This document shows, one piece after another, positions 1 to 10,418 of a DNA stretch of 64,000 nt. The stretch covers positions 5,122 through 69,121 of the forward strand of contig CAVVUM010000005.1 of NCBI GenBank assembly GCA_963751505.1. The letters are read 5' to 3'. Origin of the DNA: an uncultured Coriobacteriia bacterium. GTDB taxonomy: Bacteria; Actinomycetota; Coriobacteriia; Anaerosomatales; PHET01. How positions within the stretch are numbered: the stretch's first letter is position 1; every line of letters begins with the position of its first letter. The notes under the pieces are model-generated. The model did no database searches. It was given only the letters and a program-made list of their open reading frames with translations, and had not been told where the DNA came from. The position numbers and the translations under genes are program-made.

Positions 1-873
1 GCGCTCCGGCTAGCCGACCCCGACCTGCGCTCGCTGCTCAACGTGAACACGCCCGCCGATCTCGCGGATGCGCGTGAGGCGGTCACCGCCATGCCCTCGC
101 GCGAGCGGCGGCTCGAGGTCGTCCAGGTCCACGAGCGCCGCAGCCGTGGCGTGCCGAGCGAGCGGCCGATCACCATCCACCTGAACGACTGCGAGATCGC
201 CACCACACAGGCGACCCCGCGTGACCTCGAGGAGCTCGCGGTCGGCTTCCTGTTCGCCGAGGGCCTGCTCACCGATCGCGCGGCGTTCGTCTCGGCCGAG
301 GCCGACGCGAAGCGCGGCCTCGTCTGGGTCACCTCGACCGAGAGCGTCCCCGAGGACCTCGCCCAGCGCACCCGCTACCTGACGAGCGGTTGCGGGCGCG
401 GCATCACCTTCGCGAGCATCGGCCACGCTCGCGGGCTGGCGCCGATCGACGCCGGCTTCACCGTCGAGGCCGAGACCATCTACGCGCTCGTTCGGGCACT
501 TGCCGATGCGGCGGAGCTCTATCGCGACACGGGCGGCATGCACGCCGCGGGCATCGGCGTCGACGGGCGGCTCGTCGTCGCGCGCGAGGACGTGGGTCGC
601 CACAACGCCGTCGACAAGGTGCTCGGCCGGGCCTGGCTCGACGGCATCGCCCTCGACAGGGCGGTCCTCGTCGCGACCGGGCGCATCAGCTACGAGATGG
701 CGGTCAAGGCCGCCAAGGCCCGCGTGCCGGTCGCCGCTTCCCGCAGCGCCGTCACCGATCTGGCCGCCGAGCTCGGCGATTCGCTCGGCATCGCGCTGGT
801 CGGCTACGCGCGCGGGGGAAAGCTCACCGTATACACCCACCCCGAGCGGGTGCTTCATGAGCCGGAGGCGTGA
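1..873 (+). CDS. fdhD: FdhD/NarQ formate dehydrogenase sulfurtransferase, apparently fused to the C-terminus of a MobA-like domain (5' end outside window)
   Basis: FdhD motifs ELAVGFLFAEG, TSGCG, TGGMHAA, EDVGRHNAVDK, GRISYEM. Frame is open from base 1 and reads ALRLADPDLRSLLNVNTPADL, which resembles the MobA C-terminal NVNTPxDL motif. Confidence 0.9.
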   Translation, partial: ALRLADPDLRSLLNVNTPADLADAREAVTAMPSRERRLEVVQVHERRSRGVPSERPITIHLNDCEIATTQATPRDLEELAVGFLFAEGLLTDRAAFVSAEADAKRGLVWVTSTESVPEDLAQRTRYLTSGCGRGITFASIGHARGLAPIDAGFTVEAETIYALVRALADAAELYRDTGGMHAAGIGVDGRLVVAREDVGRHNAVDKVLGRAWLDGIALDRAVLVATGRISYEMAVKAAKARVPVAASRSAVTDLAAELGDSLGIALVGYARGGKLTVYTHPERVLHEPEA

Positions 874-874
874 C

Positions 875-2132
875 GTGACCGAGACGATGACCGTCGAGCA
901 GGCGCGCGAGCTCGTCTTCGAGCGCATCAGCGTCTTGCCCGCCGAGGACGTGCCCATCCTCGAGTCGCTCGGTCGCGTGCTTGCCGAGGACGTCCTGAGC
1001 GACATCGACGTGGCCCCGTTCGACAACTCGGCGATGGACGGCTTCGCGGTGCGTGCCGCCGATCTGGCCGGCTGCGACCGAGCGAGAACGCCGGAAGCCT
1101 GCTGGTCATCGCCCACATCGCGGCCGGCGACGACGTCGCCGGGCCTCGAGGTCGGCCCCGGCGAGGCGGCGCGCATCATGACGGGTGCCGCCGTTCCCGC
1201 CGGCGCCGACAGCGTCGTGATGGTCGAGCGAACCCGCGCCATCGACGGCGACGGCGGCATCGGCTCCCACGTCGCGTTCGAGATCGAGCCCAAGCTCGGC
1301 GAGCACATCCGGCGCCGCGGCGAGGAGGTGCGCGCCGGCGACGTCGTGCTCTCGGCAGGCGAGGTGATCGGCCCGGCCGCGATCGGGCTGCTCGCGTCGA
1401 CCGGCCATGCGACTGCGCGCGTACACCGACGCCCGCGCGTCGCGATCATCTCGACCGGCAGCGAACTCGTCGAGGTCGCCGAGAAGCCCGGGCCCCGGCA
1501 AGATCCGCAACTCGAACAGCTACTCGATCGCCGCGCAGGTGATCGCGGCCGGCGGCATCCCGCTGCGCTACCCGATCGTCGAAGACGATCTCGAGGTGAC
1601 GCGCAACGCGTTTCGGTGCGCTGCGGCCGACGCCGACTTCATCGCCACGAGCGGCGGCGTGTCCGTCGGCGACTTCGACTACGTCAAGCCGGTGCTCGAG
1701 GAGCTCGGCGAGCTTGCGTTCGCCAAGGTCATGATGCGCCCCGGCAACCCGCAGACGCTCGGTTCGATCTCGGGCGTTCCGTTCTTCGGCCTGCCGGGCA
1801 ACCCCACGAGCACGTATGTCGGCTTCGAGATCTTCGTGCGCCCGGCGCTGCGCTACATGCAGGGGTTCTCGGCGATCGACCGGCCGAGGACGATGGCACG
1901 ACTTGCGCACGACGTGAAGAAGAAGCAGGACCGCCGCTACTACCTGCGCGGGCGCGTCGAGCGCGTCGGCGATGGGTACGAGGCGTCGACGCCGTTCTCG
2001 CAGTCCTCGGCGCTGCTCACCGCGGCGCACCGAGGCAACTGCTTCGTCGTTCTGCCCGAAGGTGAAGGGTTGTTCCCCGCCGGCACGCTCGTCGAGTGCG
2101 TCCGGCTCGATATGGAGGAGGGTACGCCGTGA
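875..2132 (+). CDS. moeA: Molybdopterin molybdotransferase MoeA (frameshifted in assembly)
   Basis: GRVLAEDV, PFDNSAMDGFAV, IMTGAAVPAGADSVV, ISTGSEL, IRNSN, TSGGVSVGDFD and FGLPGNP, spread over two frames. Confidence 0.93.
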
Positions 2133-2347
2133 GCGACAAGGGACCGAAGGTGCACGACCCGCGCTGGGTCGAGCAGGTGACCGACGAGATGGTCGAGGCG
2201 ATCAAGGCCAAGGCGGTCGACGGCAAGGTGACCTGCCCGGTGCTGCGCAAGTTCGCCGAGGACTCCGGCGTGCCCTACAAGGTCGCCGGCACCGCCGCCG
2301 ACATGGCGGGCGTCAAGGTTCACAACTGCGATCTCGACTGCTTCTAG
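2129..2347 (+). CDS. Small conserved-looking Cys protein (72 aa) ending in CDLDCF
   Basis: GTG overlaps the moeA stop (GTGA) with a GGAGG RBS upstream; sequence has VTCP and VKVHNCDLDCF*. Confidence 0.7.
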   Translation: MSDKGPKVHDPRWVEQVTDEMVEAIKAKAVDGKVTCPVLRKFAEDSGVPYKVAGTAADMAGVKVHNCDLDCF

Positions 2348-2376
2348 GAGCGGTCGGTATCGCTGACAAAGGGGTT

Positions 2377-2928
2377 ATGCGCATGCACGAAGCACCGAAC
2401 GCGGTGCCCGTGGTCTCGATCGTGGGGAAGGGCGACTCCGGCAAGACGACCTTCCTCGAGAAGCTGATCCGAGAGCTGACCTCGCGCGGCGTGCGCGTCG
2501 CGACGGTCAAGCACCACGTGCACGACTACGACATCGACGTCCCCGGCAAGGACTCGTGGCGCCACGCCCGCGCGGGCGCGGTGGCCACGATGGTCTCGTC
2601 GCCGGAGAAGTTCGCGCTCATCAGCCGGGTCGAGCGCGAACTCACGCTGCCCGAGCTCGCCCGCGTCGCTCGCGACAGCGGCTGCGACCTGCTGCTCACC
2701 GAGGGCTACAAGCGCGAGGGCGTCAACCGCGTCGAGGTCTCGCGCGCGGCGCGCTCCGACGAGCTCATCTGCGCGCCGGGCGAGATGCTCGCGCTCGTGA
2801 CCGACAACGCCGACCTCACCTGCGACGGCGTGCCGCGCTTCGGGCTCGACGACGCTGCAGGCGTCGCCGACCTCATCGGCGAGCGCTTCCTCGGCGGCGG
2901 CGAAGGCGGTGAGGCCGATGGCGACTGA
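2377..2928 (+). CDS. mobB: Molybdopterin-guanine dinucleotide biosynthesis protein MobB
   Basis: P-loop GKGDSGKTT, VATVKH, DVPGKDSWRH, LLTEGYK. Confidence 0.92.
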   Translation: MRMHEAPNAVPVVSIVGKGDSGKTTFLEKLIRELTSRGVRVATVKHHVHDYDIDVPGKDSWRHARAGAVATMVSSPEKFALISRVERELTLPELARVARDSGCDLLLTEGYKREGVNRVEVSRAARSDELICAPGEMLALVTDNADLTCDGVPRFGLDDAAGVADLIGERFLGGGEGGEADGD

Positions 2929-3942
2929 CGCACACGGGCGCCGCATCGACTACCTGCGCATCTCGCTCACGGACCGCTGCAACCTGCGCTGCCGCTACTG
3001 CATGCCGGAAGAGGGCGTGGCGTTCAAGCCGCACGACGAGATCCTCACCTACGAGGAGATCGTGCGGTTCACCCGCATCGCCGCCGCGGAAGGCATCGGC
3101 AAGATCCGCCTCACCGGCGGAGAGCCGCTCGTGCGCCACGGCGTGCCCGAGCTCGTTCGCCAGATGATGGCGCTGCCCGGCCTCGAGTCGGTCGCGCTCA
3201 CGACCAACGGCATCCTGCTGCCGCGCTACGCCGACGAGCTCTTCGACGCCGGGTCTGCGGCGCGTCAACCTCTCGCTCGATTCGCTCGATCCGGATGTCT
3301 ACGCAGCAGATCACGCGCGGCGGCTCGCTCGCCGACGCCCTCGCGGGGCTCGAGGCCGCCTTCGCCGTGGGCTTCGACCCGGTCAAGCTCAACGCCGTCG
3401 TCGTGCGCTCGCTCGACCAAGACCTGCTCGGCTTCGCGAAGATGACGCTCGAGCGCCCGCTGCACGTGCGCTTCATCGAGTACATGCCGGTCGGCGCTGC
3501 CGAGGAGGGCGCCGGCTGCCACGGCGAGTCGGGCGGCTGGAGCCGAAGCGACACCGTCCCGAGCGACGAGGTCATCGAGACGATCTCGGCCGCAGGTGAG
3601 GCGGCGGGCATCGGACCGCTCGTCGCGGTCGAGCGCGATGCGGCACCCGGCGGCTGGGGCCCGGCGCGCTACTATCGCTTCGAGGAGTCGCTCGGCACCG
3701 TCGGCGTGATCTCGCCGCTCTCGCACCACTTCTGCGGCGAGTGCAACCGCCTGCGTCTCACCGCCGACGGCAAGCTGCGCCCGTGCCTGTTCAGCGACGA
3801 GGAACTCGACGTGCGCACCGTCCTTCGCAGCGGGAGCGACGAGGACGTTCGCGCTGTCGTGAAGCAAGCGCTGCACGACAAGCCCGAGAGTCACCACGAC
3901 CGCGTCGGCACCGAGCGGCGCATGTCGCAGATCGGAGGCTAG
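2918..3942 (+). CDS. moaA: GTP 3',8-cyclase MoaA (radical SAM; one frameshift near 3255)
   Basis: [47 protein letters not shown] and C-terminal MSQIGG. Confidence 0.96.
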
Positions 3943-3947
3943 CCTTC

Positions 3948-4448
3948 ATGTCCGAGGAACCCAGGCTCACGCACCTCGACGAGCAGGGCCGCGCGCGCAT
4001 GGTCGACGTCGCCGACAAGGCGGTCACGCACCGCCGCGCCGTCGCCGAGGCCCGCGTGCACGCGCTGCCGGAGACCATCGCGATGATCGCCGAGGGACGC
4101 GTGCCCAAGGGCGACGCGATCGCGGTCGCGCGCGTCGCCGGCATCATGGCGGCCAAGCGCACGAGCGATCTGATCCCGCTCTGCCACCCGCTCTCGCTCA
4201 CTCACGCTAAGGTAGACATCGAGGTGAGCGAGACCGATCTGCCGTACCTGCAGATCACCGCGACGGTGGAGACCGACGGCAAGACCGGCGTCGAGATGGA
4301 GGCGCTCACGGCGGCCTCTGTTGCCGCGCTCACGATCTACGACATGTGCAAGGCGGTCGATCGCGGGATGGAGATCGACGGCCTGCGTCTGCTCACCAAA
4401 GAGGGCGGGAAGTCCGGTACCTGGAACCGCGAGGAGGAATCGCGATGA
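3948..4448 (+). CDS. moaC: Cyclic pyranopterin monophosphate synthase MoaC
   Basis: [42 protein letters not shown]. Confidence 0.96.
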   Translation: MSEEPRLTHLDEQGRARMVDVADKAVTHRRAVAEARVHALPETIAMIAEGRVPKGDAIAVARVAGIMAAKRTSDLIPLCHPLSLTHAKVDIEVSETDLPYLQITATVETDGKTGVEMEALTAASVAALTIYDMCKAVDRGMEIDGLRLLTKEGGKSGTWNREEESR

Positions 4449-5046
4449 CCGAGCCCACCAACACGCGGAACCGCCGACGCTGAGGTCGCTGCTCAGACCC
4501 GCGCCCGCTCCCGGCGAGCACCGCATCGGCACCGTCGTCTCCGTCAACCTGTCCGAGCGCAAGACCGTGCGCAAGACGCGCGGCGAGCGCGGCACGCTGC
4601 TGCTCGATCGCGGCTTCGAGGGCGACGCGCACGCCGGCGACTGGCACCGTCAGGTCTCCCTGCTCGCTCGCGAGAGCATCGAGGAGATGCAGGCCAAGGG
4701 CCTCGACGTCGACGCCGGCGACTTCGCCGAGAACATCACCACCGAGGGCGTCGAGCTCATCACGCTGCCGGTGGGCACGATCATCCGCATCGGCGACGAC
4801 GTCGTGCTCGAGGTGAGCCAGATCGGCAAGACGTGCCACACGAAGTGCGCGATCTACTACCAGGCCGGCGACTGCGTGATGCCGCGCGAGGGCATCTTCG
4901 CCGTCGTGCGCTCGCCCGGTGAGGTCGTGGCGGGAGATCGCATCGTGGTGACCGCGATCGGCGACGGGACGTGCGACCGCTCGCCGGAAGATGCGCTCAA
5001 GGAGTCTGCCGAGGTGCTCGCGGCCAACCTGGACAAGAAGGCGTGA
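4445..5046 (+). CDS. MOSC-domain protein (Moco sulfur-carrier-like)
   Basis: [44 protein letters not shown]. The 5' end needs a frameshift. Confidence 0.88.
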
Positions 5047-5081
5047 GGACCGGCAGGCGAGTGGTGGGGGAGTGAACTGAC

Positions 5082-5561
5082 GTGGCGAAGCTGCGCATCG
5101 GCGTTCTCACGAGTTCGGACACGCGCACCGAGGCCGAGGACTCGGCCGGTCGCGCGCTGATGGACCTGTCGGCGGAGCGCGGCTGGGAGGTCGTGGCCTA
5201 CCGCGTGTGCCGCGACGACCGCGAGTGCCTCGCCGGCGCTCTCATCCGCATGGCCGACCTCGAGCACGCCGACGTCGTCTTCACCTGCGGCGGCACCGGA
5301 TTCGGCCCGCGCGACGTCACGCCCGAGGCCACCCTCGACGTCGCCGACCGAGAGGCGCCCGGCATCGCCGAGCACATCCGCGCCGAGTCCCTCAAGGTGA
5401 CGGCCCGCGCGATGCTCTCGCGCGGCGTCTCGGCGCTGCGAGGCACCACGCTCGTCATCAACCTGCCGGGCTCGGAGAAGGCGGCGCGCGAGTCGTTCGG
5501 CTTCGTCGCCGACCAGCTCGAGCACGCGGTCGAGATGATGGCGGGCGGGGGGCACGGCTAG
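5082..5561 (+). CDS. mog: MogA/MoaB molybdopterin adenylyltransferase
   Basis: TCGGTGFGPRDVTPEAT, AMLSRG, INLPGS. Confidence 0.9.
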   Translation: MAKLRIGVLTSSDTRTEAEDSAGRALMDLSAERGWEVVAYRVCRDDRECLAGALIRMADLEHADVVFTCGGTGFGPRDVTPEATLDVADREAPGIAEHIRAESLKVTARAMLSRGVSALRGTTLVINLPGSEKAARESFGFVADQLEHAVEMMAGGGHG

Positions 5562-5564
5562 CCG

Positions 5565-6752
5565 ATGACGCCCGCCGAGACAGCCGAGGCGCAGCCGCGC
5601 ACGATCTACCTCGACCACGCCGCCACCTCGTGGCCCAAGCCGCCGGGTGTCGCCGAGGCGATGGCCGACTCGCTCACGCGCTTCGGCGGCAACCCCGGCC
5701 GCGGCTCCTACCGGCTTGCGCTCGACACCGCACGCGCCATCCATGGCGCACGCGCGCGCATCGCCGCCTTCCTCGGCGTGCCGGACGCGAAGGACCTGCT
5801 CTTCCAGCCCGGCTGCACGCAGGCGATGAACCTCGTGCTCTTCGGGCTGATCAGGCCCGGCGACCGCATCGTCGTCGGATTCGCCGAGCACAACGCGGTC
5901 GCCCGTCCGCTGAACATGCTCGCGGCGCGCGGCGTCGAAGTCGTGCTCGCGCACCCCGATGACGCCGGCCTCGTGGATGCCGACGAGGTCGAGGCGCTGG
6001 TCCGCCGAGCGCCCACTCGCGCGGTCGTCTGCCAGCACGCCGGCAACCTGACCGGCGCCATCCAGCCCGTCGCCGACCTCGCCGACATCGCGCACGCCCA
6101 CGACGCGCTCCTGCTCGTCGACGGCGCGCAGGCCGGCGGCCACCTGCCGATCGATCTCGCGCTGCTCGGCGCGGACGCGTGGGCCTGCTCCGGCCACAAG
6201 GGGCTGCTCGGGCCGCAGGGCATCGGCGTGCTCTACCTCGCGCCCGGCTGCGAGCCGGACGAGCTCGTCGCGGGTGGCACCGGCGCCGGCGCGAGCGAGG
6301 AGCCGCTCCAGCCGCGCATCCGCCCCGATCGCTACGAGGCCGGCACCCCCAACACGCCCGGCATCCTCGGCCTCGACGCCGCGGTCGCCTGGGTCGCGCG
6401 CGCACGCCGAGAGCTCAGCGCGCCGAGGAGAGCCGGCTGACGCGCCGGCTCCACGAGGGGCTGCTCGGCCTCGAGCGGCTTCCGGGTGCTCGGGCCCGAG
6501 CCGGACGAGCCGCGCGTGCCGATCGTGGCCGCCGTTCACGATCGCGTCCCGGTCGACCAGCTCGCGTTCGGGCTCGACCGGCGCTACGGCATCGCGGTGC
6601 GCGGGGGCCTGCACTGCGCGCCGTGGGCGCACGAGGCGCTCGGCACGCTCGAATCGGGCGCGCTGCGCTTCGGCATCGGCTACGGCAACACCGACGACGA
6701 CGTCGACGCCGCGCTCGCCGCTCTGTCCGAGCTGACCCGGGCCGCGCGGTGA
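5565..6752 (+). CDS. PLP-dependent cysteine desulfurase/selenocysteine-lyase-like class V aminotransferase (frameshift near 6420)
   Basis: IYLDHAATSWPKP, EHNAV, LVDGAQ, SGHKGLLGPQG, YEAGTPN, VRGGLHCAP. Confidence 0.88.
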
Positions 6753-7009
6753 CGCCGGCCCCTCGACCGTTCCGCCTCTTCGGCTTCGCCTCGACCCACC
6801 AGGCACTCGACGCGGAGGCCCTTCTCGACGACCTGGGCATCGAGGTCGTGCCGGTTCCGACCCCCACGGCTCTGGGTGCGCTCTGCGGCATCGCCTTGCG
6901 GGTCCCGTCGGGCGATGCGGAGCAGGGCCGCGATCTACCTCGAAAGGGCCTCGATCGAGCCCGCAAAGACGCTGGATATCGAGGACGTCTGAGCCCTCCC
7001 TTTCGTTGA
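6749..7009 (+). CDS. DUF3343-like putative Se/S carrier protein
   Basis: FASTHQALDAE, PVPTPTALGALCGIALR; GTG overlaps the desulfurase stop. 3' end uncertain (~6992-7009). Confidence 0.7.
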   Translation: MTPAPRPFRLFGFASTHQALDAEALLDDLGIEVVPVPTPTALGALCGIALRVPSGDAEQGRDLPRKGLDRARKDAGYRGRLSPPFR

Positions 7010-7054
7010 CTTAACGGGCCTCCGTCCCTATCCTGTTCGTAACTGCTGTTACAA
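7006..7054 (+). promoter_or_regulatory. Sigma70-type promoter with downstream palindromic operator
   Basis: TTGACT (7006-7011), 17-bp spacer, TATCCT (7029-7034); operator TCGTAAC-TGCT-GTTACAA at 7037-7054. Confidence 0.75.
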
Positions 7055-7155
7055 AGCCCTCACTGGTTGCCGCGACGCCCGGACAGCGCCGCGGTTCGGC
7101 GTCTTCAGACGTCGCCGAGAAGGGCGCGACGCGACGGGGTAGGAGGTGTCAGTTC

Positions 7156-8073
7156 GTGGGACTGACGCAACTCAATGTCTGGCTGGACGCGGTGTTCGTG
7201 ACGCTCTGGGTCTTCATCATCCTCGCGCTCTCGGGCCACTTCCTCGGCAACATCCTCACCGGGCGCGTCAAGCGGCGCTTCGGCAAGGAGTGGGCGTGGC
7301 CGCATCACGACAGCCACCCACCCGCGCTGCCCAAGTGGATGCACTTCCAGCACGTCGCCTGCATGATCCTGCTGGCGATCTCGGGACTCTACATCCGGTT
7401 CCCGGGCTTGTTCGGCCTGCCTGACGGGTTCCGCACGCCGATGCGTTGGGTGCACTACTTCGCGATGATCATGGTCACGCTCAACCTCATCTGGCGCCTG
7501 TGGTACGCGTTCTCATCGCGCCAGCGTGACTATCGCGAGTTCGCGGTCACCAAGCGCGACATCACGACCGCGCCCCAGGTCATCCTCTACTACATCTTCG
7601 TCAAGAAGAGCAAGCCGCACCTCGGCAAGTACAACGTCATGCAGAAGGGGACCTACATCGTCTTCGTCCCGCTGCTGATCGTGCAGGCCTTCACCGGGTT
7701 CGCACTGCTGACCTTCACCATCCCGTACATCAACATGTCGCCACGGGATTTGCTAGTAGGCTGGTGGCTCGGCGTGCTTCTCGGCTCGACCGACCTTGCA
7801 GGATGGTGGGCGCGCACGGCGCATTACATCATCAACTGGCTGTTCATCATCCTGACCACGATCCACATGTACCTGTCCGTGACCGAGGACTTCCCGGCGT
7901 TCCTGGACTTCTTCGGGATGGGTGGGCTCGACAAGCGCAGCGGCCACGATGATGGGCACGACGAGCACTGCAGTCAGAGCCGGCACCGGCGTATGCTTCA
8001 GCCGAGCATGCAGGATGACCGTCAGATAGGAAACGTTGGGTGGGCAACCGCTTCCCATACGCATGCGCGGTGA
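7156..8073 (+). CDS. Di-heme cytochrome b (HyaC/FdnI-like quinone-reactive membrane subunit)
   Basis: Several TM helices with His ligands (WMHFQH, RWVHY, TAHY, TIHMY) and GKYNVMQK. His/Asp-rich tail GHDDGHDEH. True stop probably ~8020. Confidence 0.85.
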   Translation: MGLTQLNVWLDAVFVTLWVFIILALSGHFLGNILTGRVKRRFGKEWAWPHHDSHPPALPKWMHFQHVACMILLAISGLYIRFPGLFGLPDGFRTPMRWVHYFAMIMVTLNLIWRLWYAFSSRQRDYREFAVTKRDITTAPQVILYYIFVKKSKPHLGKYNVMQKGTYIVFVPLLIVQAFTGFALLTFTIPYINMSPRDLLVGWWLGVLLGSTDLAGWWARTAHYIINWLFIILTTIHMYLSVTEDFPAFLDFFGMGGLDKRSGHDDGHDEHCSQSRHRRMLQPSMQDDRQIGNVGWATASHTHAR

Positions 8074-9015
8074 TGTTGATCGCGCTCTCCGCCCCGGCAG
8101 TCGCCGCGGCGGCTGAGTCGTCTTCGACGGCGACCGCGTCTGCCGAGGCGAGCCGCACCTACGACCTCGACTTCACGCTTCCCACGGCCGGCAAGTCGGG
8201 CTGCATGGTGTGCCACGGCGACCCGAACCTCGTGAAGCTCAGCTCCGAGAGCACGTCTTCGATCTTCATCGACCCGGCAGTGCTCGCGAACACCGCTCAC
8301 GCCGACACGGTGTGCACCGGCTGCCACCTCGACTTCGCCTACCAGACGCCCCACCAGAACGTCACAGCCGGCGCCACGTGGGTCGACGTTGCCAAGTCGG
8401 CGTGCAAGAACTGCCACTCCAACGAGTTCACCAAGTCGTCTCCGGGGCGCACTCCCCGTCGGGTGAACCGGGGCAGACGGACGAGGAGATCCAGGCCAAG
8501 CGACTCGCCGAGGGCAAGCCCCCCGTGACACCACTTTGCGGGGATTGCCACGGTTCTCACGAAATCTCCTACATCGACGTAGAACGATGGGAGAATCGGG
8601 GACCGCCGAGGTGCAACAGGCCGCGCAAGACGGTGCAGCTGCGATGCACGGGACCGGCGACGAGATGTGCGGCAGTTGCCACGAGGACCAGACCACGACA
8701 TACGCGGACTACTACCACGGGGCCGCGTACCGCGAGGGAGCGCCGGACGCGCCGGCGTGCTGGGACTGTCACGGAGCGCACGAGATGCTGCCCGCGAGCG
8801 ATCTGAGGTCGCCGGTGAACCCGGCCAACCTCGAGGAGACCTGCGGCAAGTGCCACGACGATCCCAACGAGGACTACGTGGAGTACGCGAAACTCGTTCA
8901 CAGCAAGGAGCAAGTCGAAGAAGAGGTACCGCTCTACACGATTTGGGAGTCGGCCAGAGCCGCCGTCGACGACGCGATCCAGACGGTGGGCTCGTGGTTC
9001 GGGGGCGAAGGGTAG
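8040..9015 (+). CDS. Secreted multiheme cytochrome c, 7 CxxCH motifs (frameshifted)
   Basis: Signal peptide; CMVCH, CTGCH, CKNCH, CGDCH, CGSCH, CWDCH, CGKCH. Confidence 0.88.
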
Positions 9016-9055
9016 CAGGGGGCCTGTGGGCCCCCCGCGGAAGGGGTAGGTAAGG

Positions 9056-10382
9056 ATGGCGCTACGACTACAGAGCACGCACCGGTAGGCTGCTCGCCAT
9101 CGCTCTTGGCGTCGCTGGCGTTCAGCGTCGCGCTGAGCGGCGGCGTCGCATTCGCGCAGGACCAGGAGTTGCAGCTCGACCCGGCGACTTTGCAGCAGCT
9201 GTTCCAGCAGCTGCAGTCCTCGCCGGTCATCGAGCAGACCTGCAGCGGGTGTCACGGCAACATCGCCGACACCGACAACTACTCCTCCGAGATCATCTTC
9301 ACGCACGCGAACCACATCATGCTGCAGTGCTCGTCGTGCCACACGCGCTTCCCGCACCGCCCTGAGGGCACCTCGCGTCCCACGATGAAGGGCTGCTGGG
9401 ACTGCCACGGGCTCACCCACGGTCCGATGGGCGAGCTCGCCACCGGCGAGTGCGAAGACTGCCACAAGACGCCCAAGGAGCGCCTGCGCCCCGCATTCCA
9501 CGGCTACGACTGGGCCGGCAAGCCGCACGTCGCGCCCGCGAAGGAGGCGTTCAACACGCGCTGCGCGATGTGCCACGACCCCGCGTCCTGCAACGACTGC
9601 CACGAGCAGAAGGCGATCGAGTGGACTCCGGACAGCTGGGGCTACGACTCCAACGGCGGCTGCCTCTCGTGCCACGGCAACCCGCTGCTCCAGAAGCAGG
9701 GCCTCGCGGGCGGCAAGTCGTTCCAGGTCAGCGGACTCGAGGAGTCCGTGCACCAGGACCTGACGTGCCAGAAGTGCCACACCGACTTCAACTACGAGGG
9801 CACCCCGGGCGCCACGCCGCTGTGGACGATCAACGCCAGCATCGCGTGCGCCGACTGCCACAAGAGCCCGACACGGGTGACGCCGAGAAGGACAAGAAGC
9901 TCTCCGAGCCGGTCGCGCTCTACAACAAGTCGATCCACGCCACGGCGCTCAAGGACGGCAACACCGACTCGGCGACGTGCGGCTCGTGCCACGGCGGCCA
10001 CTTCATCTACAGCACCGACAACGCGCTCGGCGCCGCGCGCATGCACGGCTCGTCGTACCGGGTCTGCGCACGCTGCAAGCAGCACGGCGACGAGTACGAC
10101 ACCTACGACGACTACTACCACGGCAAGGCCTACAAGGCCGGCGCGCCTGATGCGCCCGCGTGCTGGGAGTGCCACGAGTCCCACGACATCCTGCCCAAGA
10201 GCGACCCCGAGTCGAGCGTGAACGCGGCGAACGTCGGCGAGACCTGCGGCCAGGAAGGCTGCCACAAGGGCTCGAGCGAGGAGTTCGGCACGGAGGCTGC
10301 TGCTCTGATCCACCAGAAGGCACAGGCCCAGCAGGACAACCCGCTCCTGCGCCTCATCGCCAACCTGACCGGCGGCGGCTAG
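9056..10382 (+). CDS. Secreted multiheme cytochrome c: 11 CxxCH, one CxxCK(QH) and one Cx4CH (frameshifted)
   Basis: Signal peptide AFA-Q; CSGCH, CSSCH, CWDCH, CEDCH, CAMCH, CNDCH, CLSCH, CQKCH, CADCH, CGSCH, CARCKQH, CWECH, CGQEGCH. Confidence 0.88.
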
Positions 10383-10418
10383 GCCCGCCACCGCGCGATA
10401 GGAGGCCTGCGGCAGCCC

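Noticed and set aside
10..6806. Long minus-strand ORFs (e.g. 10-1449, 4857-6806) and similar shadow ORFs elsewhere
   Set aside because: They are antisense shadows of well-supported genes in high-GC DNA, with Arg/Ala/Pro-rich composition and no motifs.
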